NCBI GenBank assembly: GCA_051879355.1
Contig: JBJELU010000078.1
Coordinates: 33,762-97,761, forward strand
Direction: 5' to 3'
Source of the DNA: Oliverpabstia sp.
Lineage (GTDB): Bacteria; Bacillota; Clostridia; Lachnospirales; Lachnospiraceae
Length of the DNA stretch: 64,000 bases
Part shown: piece after piece, positions 30,845-40,693 of the stretch
How positions within the stretch are numbered: the stretch's first letter is position 1
How the letters are laid out: each line of letters starts with the position of its first letter
The notes under the pieces: generated by a model
Told to the model about the DNA's origin: nothing
Database searches by the model: none
Seen by the model: only the letters and a program-made list of their open reading frames with translations
Translations under genes and position numbers: made by a program

Positions 30845-32551
30845 ATGGTCAATTTAAAAGAAAAACCGTATTATCTGTCAGATGAAGATATCAAATGGGT
30901 AGAAGATACGATTGCAGGTATGAGTGACGAAGAAAAAGTCGGTCAGCTGTTTGTCAACATGGTGACTGATTTCAGTGAAGAATCAATTAAACATGTGGCA
31001 GAGACATATCATCCGGGCGCACTTCGCTATCATAATACATCTGCTGACAAGCTGTGGGATATGGTAAATACGTTCCAGTCTTACAGCCGGATTCCGCTTC
31101 TGGTTGCCAGCAACTGTGAAGCGGGAGGCAACGGCGGTGTGGGCGGCGGAACCGGAGTGTCCTGCGGTGCAGCTACGGCAGCATCCAGAGATGCACAGGT
31201 GGCTTATAAAGCTGCCAAAGTAGGAGGAACAGAAGCGATGGCTATCGGTTCCAACTGGAACTTTGCTCCGATCGTTGACTTGCTTTACAACTGGAGAAAT
31301 ACGATTGTACAGACCCGTTCTTTCTGCGCGGATGTGGACAGAACTATTGAATATGCGAAAGCGTTTATTAAAGGTACCGAGGAATGCGACATGGCAACAA
31401 CCATTAAGCATTTTCCTGGTGACGGAACTGAAGAAAATGACCAGCATCTGATGATGGGTATCAATGATATGGACTGTGATACCTGGATGGAAACTTTCGG
31501 AAAAGTATATTCTGAGCTGATTGACGCCGGTGTAAAGACGATTATGGCAGGTCATATTGCACAGCCGGCATGGCAGAGAAAAATCGCAGGAAAAGATCTG
31601 GATGATCATGAGATACTTCCGGCTACTCTCTGCCCGGAACTGATCACCGGTCTTTTGAAAGAAAAACTGGGATTCAATGGTCTGGTAGTGACAGATGCCA
31701 GCCATATGATCGGTATGTTCGGTGCTATGCCGAGAAGTCAGCAGGTTCCTCAGGCAATCGCTGCAGGCTGCGACATGTATCTGTTCTTTAACGACATGGC
31801 AGAAGATTATGGCTATATGATGGCCGGATATAAAAACGGCATCATTACCGAAGAACGTATGAATGATGCACTGACCAGAATCCTTGGTGTAAAAGCCAGC
31901 ATTGGTCTGCACAAGAAAAAAGCAGAAGGAACCCTGCTTCCTCCGAAAGAAAGTATTTCTATTGTGGGATGCGAGGCTCATAAAGTTGTTGCTGCAGAAT
32001 GTGCAGACAAGTTCATCACTCTGGTAAAAGATACTCAGAAAATGCTTCCTCTGGATCCGGTGAATAAAAAACGCGTTCGTATTTATTTCCTTCAGGGAGA
32101 CGGAAGAGTTGTTGCCGGAAAACTGATCAAGGATGATTCCGGAGACAGAACGAAAGCATATATCATCCAGAAACTGGAAGAAAAAGGATTTATCGTAGAA
32201 GATGGTGACGCAGTGGCTGCCAAAGGAAGTATGGAAGCATTCCGCGCCAATACCGATGCCGTTCTGGTATTTATCGATCAGGTGGGATTTGCACAGTACA
32301 ACACCATGCGTGTAAAATGGACTATGCCGGGTCAGCAGCCATGGTATGCAAGCCAGGTACCTACTGCATTTATCAGTCTGTACCTGCCGAACTATCTGAT
32401 TGACCTGACCATGAGCCGTACCTATATCAACTGCTATCAGGATACCCCACAGGTAATCGACCAGTTGATTGATAAGCTTTGCGGAGAATCTGAATTCAAA
32501 GGCACGCCGGAAGAAAATGTATGGTGTGGCCGTTGGGATACCAGACTGTAA
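30845..32551 (+). CDS. GH3 glycoside hydrolase
   Basis: NFAPIVD, KHFPGDG, FNGLVVTD and AGCDM motifs. Confidence 0.9.
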   Translation: MVNLKEKPYYLSDEDIKWVEDTIAGMSDEEKVGQLFVNMVTDFSEESIKHVAETYHPGALRYHNTSADKLWDMVNTFQSYSRIPLLVASNCEAGGNGGVGGGTGVSCGAATAASRDAQVAYKAAKVGGTEAMAIGSNWNFAPIVDLLYNWRNTIVQTRSFCADVDRTIEYAKAFIKGTEECDMATTIKHFPGDGTEENDQHLMMGINDMDCDTWMETFGKVYSELIDAGVKTIMAGHIAQPAWQRKIAGKDLDDHEILPATLCPELITGLLKEKLGFNGLVVTDASHMIGMFGAMPRSQQVPQAIAAGCDMYLFFNDMAEDYGYMMAGYKNGIITEERMNDALTRILGVKASIGLHKKKAEGTLLPPKESISIVGCEAHKVVAAECADKFITLVKDTQKMLPLDPVNKKRVRIYFLQGDGRVVAGKLIKDDSGDRTKAYIIQKLEEKGFIVEDGDAVAAKGSMEAFRANTDAVLVFIDQVGFAQYNTMRVKWTMPGQQPWYASQVPTAFISLYLPNYLIDLTMSRTYINCYQDTPQVIDQLIDKLCGESEFKGTPEENVWCGRWDTRL

Positions 32552-32559
32552 AACATAAA

Positions 32560-32603
32560 AGAATTGCCCGGGAATCGTAAATCGGAACCTGGGCAATTCT
32601 TTT
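32560..32603 (+). terminator. GH3 operon terminator
   Basis: AGAATTGCCCGGG / CCTGGGCAATTCT followed by TTT. Confidence 0.75.
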
Positions 32604-32703
32604 ATCAGTTAAATGGTATTATATAAATTGTCAGAAAAATACAAATAATACAAACAAATAGACAAATAAAAATATAAAAATGAAAAATATTTTAAAATAA
32701 TAC

Positions 32704-32732
32704 TTGACATATCAGCCAATTTGCGATACAAT
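32704..32732 (+). promoter_or_regulatory. Near-consensus sigmaA promoter with an A/T-rich upstream region
   Basis: TTGACA (32704)-N17-TACAAT (32727). Confidence 0.8.
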
Positions 32733-32738
32733 AAACTC

Positions 32739-32995
32739 AACAAAAAACAACAGAAACAGAAACTAAAGAAAAGAGGTACAGTCCAATGGCATAGTTAATC
32801 TTACAATCATTATTAGAAAATCTCTAAAAGAGTTTACATAGATGTAACCAAAGGAGATGATTAGAATGAAAGGCAGAGATCCATAGCGGACAACTCAAAA
32901 AAATCAATAGAAAGAGAGGTTATACAGTGAGACTTCTGAATATTCATTAAGAGGGCTATTCGATAAAAATAATAATCGAATAGCCCTAAAATTTT
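32739..32995 (+). other. Putative ~250-nt small transcript carrying four SD-led minigenes
   Basis: ATG GCA TAG at 32786; ATG TAA at 32842; ATG AAA GGC AGA GAT CCA TAG at 32866; GTG...TAA at 32927-32950; each has an SD-like sequence; 13-bp hairpin at 32952-32987. Confidence 0.55.
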
Positions 32996-33010
32996 GTCCG
33001 CAGAACAGTA

Positions 33011-33850
33011 TTAAAGATGATAGAAGAATCGTTCCCCCAGCATCGGTATGTGGGCCTTGGCTGCAGAATTTTGCATCCACAGTTCCCGCAGGAAGATGGT
33101 GGGGTCTATGGTGTTGCCCGTAATCATGTCATAATGTGTCGGGATTGTCATATCTGCATGAAGAAGCACAGCCAGGTGGGCGGATTCTATGTAACTCAGG
33201 TTGCCGATGCAGTCTCTTGCTGTCCGGAAGTAGTCACCGCCGTTGATGGGTGGGAAGAACAGGTGTGGCGCCGGAAGAGCCCGCAGGTCGCTCAATAGCT
33301 GTTCGGTAAGGTAGGTATCTCCCATATGGAGAAGGCGGATACCGTCCATGGTCAGATAATAACAAAGTGCCGTATCATTTCCAACATTGTCGGTCATATG
33401 GACAGGATGAGCTGCTGATACTGGTTCAATTGTAAGTCCGGAAAATACCAGTGTACGGTGGGCATTGGCAGCCATGATACGATCAGAAGAAATTCCTGCC
33501 TCTGTCAGTATAGAAACACAAGCACCGGGAACGATAAAAACAGTATGAGAGTCTGCAGCGGCGATTGCTGTCAGGGTGTCCAGTGCCAGATGATCCAGAT
33601 GACCGTGGGTGCAGAGCACATAGTCTGCCAGTATCTGTCCTGGTGAAAAGGGAGAGGGATACAGTCTTCGGGTTTCCCCGGTTCCATCTGTGATATCATT
33701 CAGTACCGGGTCAATATATACGGTGGCTGATTTTTTGAAAACAAATCCGCACTGTCCCAGATACCAGAATGCAAGAGTATCATCCGACAATTTTGTATCA
33801 CGAATTTCTTTCAGCAGGTCTGTTCCCTGCCGATACCAGTTTTTTTGCAT
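33011..33850 (-). CDS. MBL-fold metallo-hydrolase (UlaG-like)
   Basis: LGQCGF, THGHLDHL, HMGDT and PTHYD motifs. Confidence 0.88.
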   Translation of the reverse strand: MQKNWYRQGTDLLKEIRDTKLSDDTLAFWYLGQCGFVFKKSATVYIDPVLNDITDGTGETRRLYPSPFSPGQILADYVLCTHGHLDHLALDTLTAIAAADSHTVFIVPGACVSILTEAGISSDRIMAANAHRTLVFSGLTIEPVSAAHPVHMTDNVGNDTALCYYLTMDGIRLLHMGDTYLTEQLLSDLRALPAPHLFFPPINGGDYFRTARDCIGNLSYIESAHLAVLLHADMTIPTHYDMITGNTIDPTIFLRELWMQNSAAKAHIPMLGERFFYHL

Positions 33851-33867
33851 AACGTTATGCCTCCTTA

Positions 33868-34746
33868 TTACAATGTTTTATCTATCAGCATATCCCGGAA
33901 TAAACGCGCTGACTGGGAAAGCTGATCGGTGGAACGACAGATGACGTCGATTTCCGTGGTAAGTGTTTTGTCATCAATCGGATATGCCGAAAGTATTGTA
34001 CAGCTGTCCGATATAATCGCCGAGGCGGGCAGGATTCCTATGCCCAGTCCCTTTTTGGCCAGAGCCAGTGTAGTCTGGGCGTCATCGTTGCTGCAGCGGA
34101 TATTGGGCGTATATCCGGCGGCTTCAAAACGTGACTGAAGAATTTCCTCCCATCGGCGGTAAACAATTAATGGTTTGCCTGCAAGGAAACGTATGGATAT
34201 TTTTCCGTCCGTCGGTGCATCCTGAAACCAGGGGGAAATGCCTGCAGCCAGGATAGATTCCATGCGCAGGGGATGAATTACCATATCTGGTGCAGAAAAC
34301 GGGGTTCGGACAATGGCAAGATCCAACTGGCTGGTGCGAAGCTGTTCCAGAAGCTGATAGGTGTTGCCACTGTACAGTTCATAGCGGATCTGAGGGTGGG
34401 CTGAGGAAAATTCAGTGATCCACTCCAGAAATAAGGTTCCCTGAACCGATGACACTACACCGATACGCAGCGTGCCGGCTGTTCCCTCCTGAAAATGTTC
34501 CATTTCGGCGGCAGTGGCATTACACATGCCCAGAATCGTGCATGCACGCTGATACAATGTCTGGCCTGCATCGGTCAGACGAAGTCTCCGTCCTTCCCTC
34601 CGGAAAAGTGTACAGCCCAGTTCTTCTTCCAGAGCGTGAAGCTGGGCGGTGAGAGGCGGCTGGGTCATGTTCAGTCTCCGGGCGGCTCCGGTGACAGTAC
34701 CTTCTTCCACAACTGCCGAAAAATAGCGAAGCTGACGCAGCTCCAT
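33868..34746 (-). CDS. LysR family transcriptional regulator
   Basis: N-terminal HTH MELRQLRYF...TQPPLT...LEEELG; SD GGAGGTG. Confidence 0.93.
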   Translation of the reverse strand: MELRQLRYFSAVVEEGTVTGAARRLNMTQPPLTAQLHALEEELGCTLFRREGRRLRLTDAGQTLYQRACTILGMCNATAAEMEHFQEGTAGTLRIGVVSSVQGTLFLEWITEFSSAHPQIRYELYSGNTYQLLEQLRTSQLDLAIVRTPFSAPDMVIHPLRMESILAAGISPWFQDAPTDGKISIRFLAGKPLIVYRRWEEILQSRFEAAGYTPNIRCSNDDAQTTLALAKKGLGIGILPASAIISDSCTILSAYPIDDKTLTTEIDVICRSTDQLSQSARLFRDMLIDKTL

Positions 34747-34988
34747 GTAATCTGACACCTCCATTCTGATATCATACGAAATATATATTATTATACTATA
34801 AAATAAATATTATTCCTATCATTAATACTGTGATATTCTTATGATATATGATACAAGGTACTGTTCGCACAGCACTGTCCCGCAAGGTGTTTTCGTGCTA
34901 TAAGCACGAAAATCCCGAGACATACGGTGCGGAGGAATCTGTGTATCAGACATTATGTATATACAAAACAATGAAAAAGGGGGCTATC

Positions 34989-36734
34989 ATGAAATACCTG
35001 CTAGACAATCTAAAACATTATAAAAAAGAAAGTATTCTTGCACCGTTATTTAAGATGCTGGAAGCATTCTTTGACCTGTTTGTTCCGCTGGTGGTGGCGG
35101 ACATCATCAACACGGGAATCGGCAATCAGGACCAGGGATATATTCTGAGAAAATGTGGAATCCTGGTACTATTGGCGATAATCGGTATCAGCTGCAGCTT
35201 TACAGCCCAGTTTTTTGCAGCCAGGGCAGCAGTAGGAACAGCGGCGGGGCTTCGCCATTCGCTGTTCGCACATATTCAGAAGCTTGGCTTCTCAGAACTG
35301 GATACGGTGGGAACCAGTACACTGATCACACGTATGACCAGTGATATCAACCAGGTGCAGAACGGAGTCAACATGTTCCTGCGACTGTTTCTGCGCAGTC
35401 CGTTTATTGTATTTGGCGCCATGATTATGGCATTTACCATTGATGTGAAGATTGCAATGGTATTTGTTATTGCAATTCCGGTGCTTTCGGTGATTGTATT
35501 CGGTATTATGAAACTGACAGCGCCCAGATATAAAGAAATTCAGGGAAAACTGGATCGTGTGGTGGGAATTACACGGGAAAACCTGACAGGCGTGAGAGTC
35601 ATTCGTGCATTTGGAAAAGAAGAAGCAGAAGTGGAGCGATTTGAGAGTGCCAACGGTCTTCTGACTGCCCGGCAGATTCGTGTAGGTAATCTGTCCGCAC
35701 TGATGAATCCGCTGACTTATGTAGTAGTTAATCTGGCAACCATCGCTATCCTGAATATGGGAGCCTCACAGATTGAAGGCGGCCTCCTTTTGAGCGGCGA
35801 TGTGGTCGCTCTTGTAAACTATATGAGCCAGATTCTGGTAGAATTGGTGAAAATGGCTAATACAGTCGTTCTGCTGAGTAAAGCTCTGGCCAGTCTCAGC
35901 CGTATCGCAGGTGTGCTTGAGACGGAACCTGCCATGAAATTTGAAAATAATGCTGCGCAGGGCGTTGACAGTAATGCTATTCAGAATGCTGAAAATGCAG
36001 TGGAATTTTCTCATGTCAGCCTGATTTATGCAGGCGCAGGCGAGGAGAGTCTGACGGATATTTCATTTACAGCGAAGAAAGGACAGACGATCGGTGTAAT
36101 CGGAGGAACCGGAAGTGGAAAATCCAGTCTGGTGAATCTGATTCCCCGGTTCTATGATGCAACCTCAGGTCAGGTACAGATCATGGGACAGCCTATACAA
36201 TCATGGGATAAAGAGACATTAAGAGGAAATGTGGGAGTCGTCATGCAGAAAGCACAGCTGTTTGCCGGAACCATCCGTTCTAATCTGCTGTGGGGAAATG
36301 CAGCTGCCTCCGATGAAGAGTTGTGGAAAGCACTTGAGACTGCACAGGCGGCAGAATTTGTCCGCCAGAAATCGCTGGGACTGGATGAACCTGTGGAACA
36401 GGGCGGCAAGAACTTTTCCGGAGGTCAGAGACAGCGCCTGACAATTGCGAGAGCTCTGGTATCCCGTCCGGAAATCCTGATTCTGGATGACAGTGCCAGT
36501 GCGCTGGATTTTGCCACTGATGCGGCCCTCAGAAAAGCGATTGCAGAGCTTCCCGGCAATATCACTGTATTTATTGTGTCTCAGAGAACTTCCAGCCTGA
36601 AGCATGCCGATCGGATTCTGGTTCTGGATGACGGTATGCTGGCAGGCCAGGGAAGTCATGAGGAACTTATGAAGACCTGTGACGTATATCGTGAGATTCA
36701 TGAAAGTCAGTTCAGAAAGGGGGAGGCATACTGA
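34989..36734 (+). CDS. ABC exporter subunit 1 (permease plus ATPase)
   Basis: TM domain; GGTGSGKS; FSGGQRQRL; degenerate Walker B ILDDS. Confidence 0.92.
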   Translation: MKYLLDNLKHYKKESILAPLFKMLEAFFDLFVPLVVADIINTGIGNQDQGYILRKCGILVLLAIIGISCSFTAQFFAARAAVGTAAGLRHSLFAHIQKLGFSELDTVGTSTLITRMTSDINQVQNGVNMFLRLFLRSPFIVFGAMIMAFTIDVKIAMVFVIAIPVLSVIVFGIMKLTAPRYKEIQGKLDRVVGITRENLTGVRVIRAFGKEEAEVERFESANGLLTARQIRVGNLSALMNPLTYVVVNLATIAILNMGASQIEGGLLLSGDVVALVNYMSQILVELVKMANTVVLLSKALASLSRIAGVLETEPAMKFENNAAQGVDSNAIQNAENAVEFSHVSLIYAGAGEESLTDISFTAKKGQTIGVIGGTGSGKSSLVNLIPRFYDATSGQVQIMGQPIQSWDKETLRGNVGVVMQKAQLFAGTIRSNLLWGNAAASDEELWKALETAQAAEFVRQKSLGLDEPVEQGGKNFSGGQRQRLTIARALVSRPEILILDDSASALDFATDAALRKAIAELPGNITVFIVSQRTSSLKHADRILVLDDGMLAGQGSHEELMKTCDVYREIHESQFRKGEAY

Positions 36735-38506
36735 TGTCCGGCAAAAAAAATATCATAGACAAACAGAAAAATAACCGAAAAGTAATGGGAAGAGTCATGC
36801 GGTTCATCAAACCCTATGCTCCGTACCTGATCATCAGTTTTTTATGTGCCGCAGTCAGTGTGGCTTCTCAGCTGCTTGTGCCTATCTTATGCGGAAATGC
36901 CATTGACTATATGATTGGCAAAGGCCGTGTGGATTTTAACGGGGTGGCAACCATTATTACTGCCATCGGAGTGGCAACGGTTGTGACTGCAGCGGCACAG
37001 TGGGTGCTGGCAGCCTGCAGCAATAAAATTACATTTTCTGTATCAAGAGATTTGAGAAATGCAGCCATCAACAAAATCCAGAATCTTCCGCTTTCTTACC
37101 TGGATTCCCATCCGTCAGGAGATCTGGTCAGCCGTGTGATTGCAGATGTAGATACCTTTGCGGATGGTTTGCTGATGGGATTTACCCAGTTATTTACCGG
37201 TGTGGTGACGATCATCGGTACTCTTGGATTTATGGTTTCTGTCAATCCACTGATTACCCTGGTGGTCGTGTGTCTGACTCCACTGAGTCTGTTTGTGGCA
37301 AACTTCATTGCAAAACATACGTATCAGCATTTCCGCAATCAGACAGTAGTGCGGGGAGAGCAGACCGCTTATGTCAATGAAATGATGGAAGGTATGAAAG
37401 TTGTACAGGCTTTCGGACATGAAAAAGAAAGTCAGGAGAGATTTGATGATTTGAATGAACAGCTGAGGGAGACCAGCCTGAAAGCAGTGTTTTTCTCCAG
37501 TCTGACAAATCCCTGTACCCGTTTTGTCAATAACCTGGTGTATGCCGCAGTAGGCCTTACCGGTGCCTTATATGCGGTAGCCGGAGGAATTACCATCGGT
37601 CAGCTGAGTATTTTCCTCAGTTACGCCAACCAGTACTCCAAACCCTTTAATGAAATTTCCAGTGTGGTGACAGAACTGCAGAATGCGATCGCCTGCGCGG
37701 AACGTGTCTTCCAGCTGCTGGATGAAGAAAATCAGACAGAAGAAAAACGGGATGCACTGAAAAGTGATGGTCATGTGGAACTGGAACACGTGTCATTCCG
37801 TTATGTGCCGGACCGGCCATTGATTGAGGATCTGAATCTGGATGTGCAGCCGGGACAGAGAATTGCCATTGTAGGTCCGACCGGATGCGGAAAAACGACT
37901 TTAATCAATCTGCTGATGCGGTTTTATGATGTGGACAGCGGCAGAATCTGTGTGGCAGGAAAAGATATCCGTGACGTGACAAGAAGAAGTCTGCGTCAGA
38001 ATTATGGTATGGTGCTGCAGGATACCTGGCTGAAAGCCGGAACCATCCGTGAGAATATTGCGTATGGAAAACCGTATGCCACAGAAGAGGAAGTGATTGC
38101 TGCCGCAAAAGCAGCACATGCTCACAGTTTCATCAAGCGTCTGCCGGAAGGATATGATACTGTTATCGCAGAGGATGGCGGAAATATCAGTCAGGGGCAG
38201 AAACAGCTGCTTTGTATCGCCCGTGTCATGCTTTGCCTGCCCCCGATGCTGATCCTTGACGAAGCAACCAGCAGTATTGATACCCGTACAGAGATAAGGA
38301 TTCAGGCTGCATTCGCCCGTATGATGCAGGGACGGACCAGCTTCATCGTTGCCCATCGTCTCTCCACGATCCGTGAGGCAGATGTGATACTGGTTATGAA
38401 AGACGGTCATATTATTGAACAGGGAAATCATGATTCCCTTCTGGCACAGAATGGATTCTATGCCCATCTGTATAACAGTCAGTTTGAAGATACAGTTACT
38501 GCGTGA
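36734..38506 (+). CDS. ABC exporter subunit 2 (permease plus ATPase)
   Basis: GPTGCGKT, ISQGQKQ, ILDEATS and AHRLST motifs. Confidence 0.92.
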   Translation: MSGKKNIIDKQKNNRKVMGRVMRFIKPYAPYLIISFLCAAVSVASQLLVPILCGNAIDYMIGKGRVDFNGVATIITAIGVATVVTAAAQWVLAACSNKITFSVSRDLRNAAINKIQNLPLSYLDSHPSGDLVSRVIADVDTFADGLLMGFTQLFTGVVTIIGTLGFMVSVNPLITLVVVCLTPLSLFVANFIAKHTYQHFRNQTVVRGEQTAYVNEMMEGMKVVQAFGHEKESQERFDDLNEQLRETSLKAVFFSSLTNPCTRFVNNLVYAAVGLTGALYAVAGGITIGQLSIFLSYANQYSKPFNEISSVVTELQNAIACAERVFQLLDEENQTEEKRDALKSDGHVELEHVSFRYVPDRPLIEDLNLDVQPGQRIAIVGPTGCGKTTLINLLMRFYDVDSGRICVAGKDIRDVTRRSLRQNYGMVLQDTWLKAGTIRENIAYGKPYATEEEVIAAAKAAHAHSFIKRLPEGYDTVIAEDGGNISQGQKQLLCIARVMLCLPPMLILDEATSSIDTRTEIRIQAAFARMMQGRTSFIVAHRLSTIREADVILVMKDGHIIEQGNHDSLLAQNGFYAHLYNSQFEDTVTA

Positions 38507-38609
38507 TTTGTATGTGAAAATTGAATGAATTCCGGGAAAAAGGTTGCCCGTCCACAAAAAATGGAATATAATGAGACACAGTGAAATTTATGCAAATACG
38601 GAGGAAATT

Positions 38610-39692
38610 ATGAATAAGTTTAACAGCAAAATTGCATGCGGTGTTCTCAGCGGCTGCCTGATTACCGGATGCTTTACCGGATGTGGAAAATTAGATGGCA
38701 CACAGACAGTGGCAACCGTTGATGGAGAAGAAGTTACTCTGGGACTTGCCAGCTACATTCTTCGTGATCAGCAGGCTCAGATCTCCAGTTACTATCAGAT
38801 GTTTGCTCAGAGCTATGGAATTGATGTGGGCGATATGTGGGGTGAAGAGACTGAGGATGGTAAAACCTACGCAGAAAGTACAAAAGAAGGCGTTATGGAT
38901 ACCATCAAAACGCTTTACGTGATGAAGGATCATGCTGCGGATTATGATGTGACGATCACAGACGAAGAACAGGAAGCGATTGACAGTGCGGCAAAGGCAT
39001 TTATGGAAGCAAATGATGAAAAAACACTGGAAGAGCTGGCGGTATCGGAGAGTGATATTGTTCTCTATCTGCAGTTGATGACTTATCGTCAGAAGATGCA
39101 TGATCCGATGGTAGCTGATGTGGATCAGGAAGTAAGTGATGAGGAAGCGAACCAGACCAGGATTTCTCTGGTAACAGTGTCCACAGAGGACGGCGAGGAT
39201 GATGATGGCAATGCCGTACCACTGACAGATGAAGAAAAGGCAGAGAAAAAAGAACTGGCAGAAAAAGTTCTGGAGAAAATAAAAGCTTCTGATAATATTG
39301 CCGAAGCTGATATCGATGCGATCGTTGATGAAGTAGACGACAGTATCCGGTCAACCACACCGGCATTTACAACAGCTCCAAGTGAAAGCAATACACTGGA
39401 ACAGGCGGTGATGGATGCTGCTCTTGCATTGAAAGATGGTGAAGTGGCAGATAAGGTCATTGAAGGCGAGGAAGGTTACTATGTCGTTCGTCTGGATAAG
39501 ATGTATGACGAGGAAGCTACTCAGAACAAGATTAAGAGCATTATTTCTGACAGAGAAGATGAAATGTACGACAGTCTTCTGGAAGAATGGGAGAATGCGG
39601 CTGATATGAGTATTCAGGAGAGTGTATGGAAAAAAGTAAAGCTGTCAGATGCCAAATCTTTCGTTTATAAGACAGAAGATGCTGCAGAATAA
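38610..39692 (+). CDS. PrsA/SurA-like peptidyl-prolyl isomerase lipoprotein
   Basis: Signal peptide with lipobox FTGC; VATVDGEEVT; GYYVVRL. Confidence 0.75.
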   Translation: MNKFNSKIACGVLSGCLITGCFTGCGKLDGTQTVATVDGEEVTLGLASYILRDQQAQISSYYQMFAQSYGIDVGDMWGEETEDGKTYAESTKEGVMDTIKTLYVMKDHAADYDVTITDEEQEAIDSAAKAFMEANDEKTLEELAVSESDIVLYLQLMTYRQKMHDPMVADVDQEVSDEEANQTRISLVTVSTEDGEDDDGNAVPLTDEEKAEKKELAEKVLEKIKASDNIAEADIDAIVDEVDDSIRSTTPAFTTAPSESNTLEQAVMDAALALKDGEVADKVIEGEEGYYVVRLDKMYDEEATQNKIKSIISDREDEMYDSLLEEWENAADMSIQESVWKKVKLSDAKSFVYKTEDAAE

Positions 39693-39716
39693 AGACTGTG
39701 CAGGAAAGGACAGACG

Positions 39717-40589
39717 ATGACAAAACAGGAATTTCAGGCGTTAACCAATAAAGGTGTTGTATTGCTGGATGGTGCGACCGGTTCCAATCTGAGAAAAGCA
39801 GGAATGCCGGTGGGTATTTCTTCGGAACAGTGGGTACTGGAGCATCCGCAGGTGCTGCAGGATCTGCAGCGGGCTTATGTGGATGCCGGAAGCCAGATTG
39901 TATATGCACCGACGTTTGCAGCCAACAGAATCAGCATGAGAAACTTTAATCTTCAGGACAGAATCGTGGAATTGAACACACGCCTGGTTAAGATATCCAA
40001 GGATGCGGTCGGAAATCGTGCACTGGTGGCAGGTGATCTGACTACAACAGGACAGCTGATGGAGCCGCGGGGACCTCTTACTTATGAGGAGTTGTATCAG
40101 GCCTATCAGGAACAGATCCGTGCGCTGGCAGATGCAGGAGCCGATCTTCTGGTTGCAGAAACCATGCTCAGCGTGGATGAAACGGTGGTGGCTCTGGATG
40201 CAGCCCAGTCGGTCTGTGATCTGCCCATGATGTGCAGCCTGACTTTGGAAGCAGATGGATCGGCCATGTATGGCGGCAATGCTGTAGAAGCTGTTATGAC
40301 ACTGCAGGAAATGGGTGCGGCAGCAGTAGGGCTGAACTGTTCTGTGGGACCGGATCAGCTGGAATCTGTGGTGACCAATATGAGAAAAGTGGCACAGGTA
40401 CCGATTATCGCCAAGCCGAATGCCGGTATGCCGGTGATTGATGAAAAAGGTGAGGCGCACTACAGTATGGATGCAGAAACCTTCGCAGAGTACACCAGAA
40501 AACTGGTGGCAGCAGGAGCCGGTCTGGTGGGAGGATGCTGCGGAACAACACCAGAATATATCAAACAATTAAAAAAAATATTGCAATAA
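39717..40589 (+). CDS. Homocysteine S-methyltransferase family protein
   Basis: LLDGATG, GLNCSVGP, KPNAG and GGCCGTTP motifs. Confidence 0.92.
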   Translation: MTKQEFQALTNKGVVLLDGATGSNLRKAGMPVGISSEQWVLEHPQVLQDLQRAYVDAGSQIVYAPTFAANRISMRNFNLQDRIVELNTRLVKISKDAVGNRALVAGDLTTTGQLMEPRGPLTYEELYQAYQEQIRALADAGADLLVAETMLSVDETVVALDAAQSVCDLPMMCSLTLEADGSAMYGGNAVEAVMTLQEMGAAAVGLNCSVGPDQLESVVTNMRKVAQVPIIAKPNAGMPVIDEKGEAHYSMDAETFAEYTRKLVAAGAGLVGGCCGTTPEYIKQLKKILQ

Positions 40590-40693
40590 AGAGGTTGCCC
40601 CGGAGAATCATCGATTCTCCGGGGTTTTATGTTGGCGGAGGTGACGAGGGTGACTAGGGGACGGGTTCATGGTCACCAAGAAAGGAGATTATT

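Noticed and set aside
30983-32596. 537-aa minus-strand ORF (also 51114-52916 and 55741-57219)
   Set aside because: Lies opposite well-supported genes; typical antisense codon-bias artefact
32739-32995. CsrB-like CsrA sponge explanation for the minigene RNA
   Set aside because: Only two GGA motifs and no repeated GGA-loop hairpins; the SD-start-stop layout fits better
17455-40628. Recurring CCCGGG/CCCCGG-stem hairpins (17455, 28519, 32560, 40597)
   Set aside because: Each follows a gene end and is adequately explained as an ordinary intrinsic terminator
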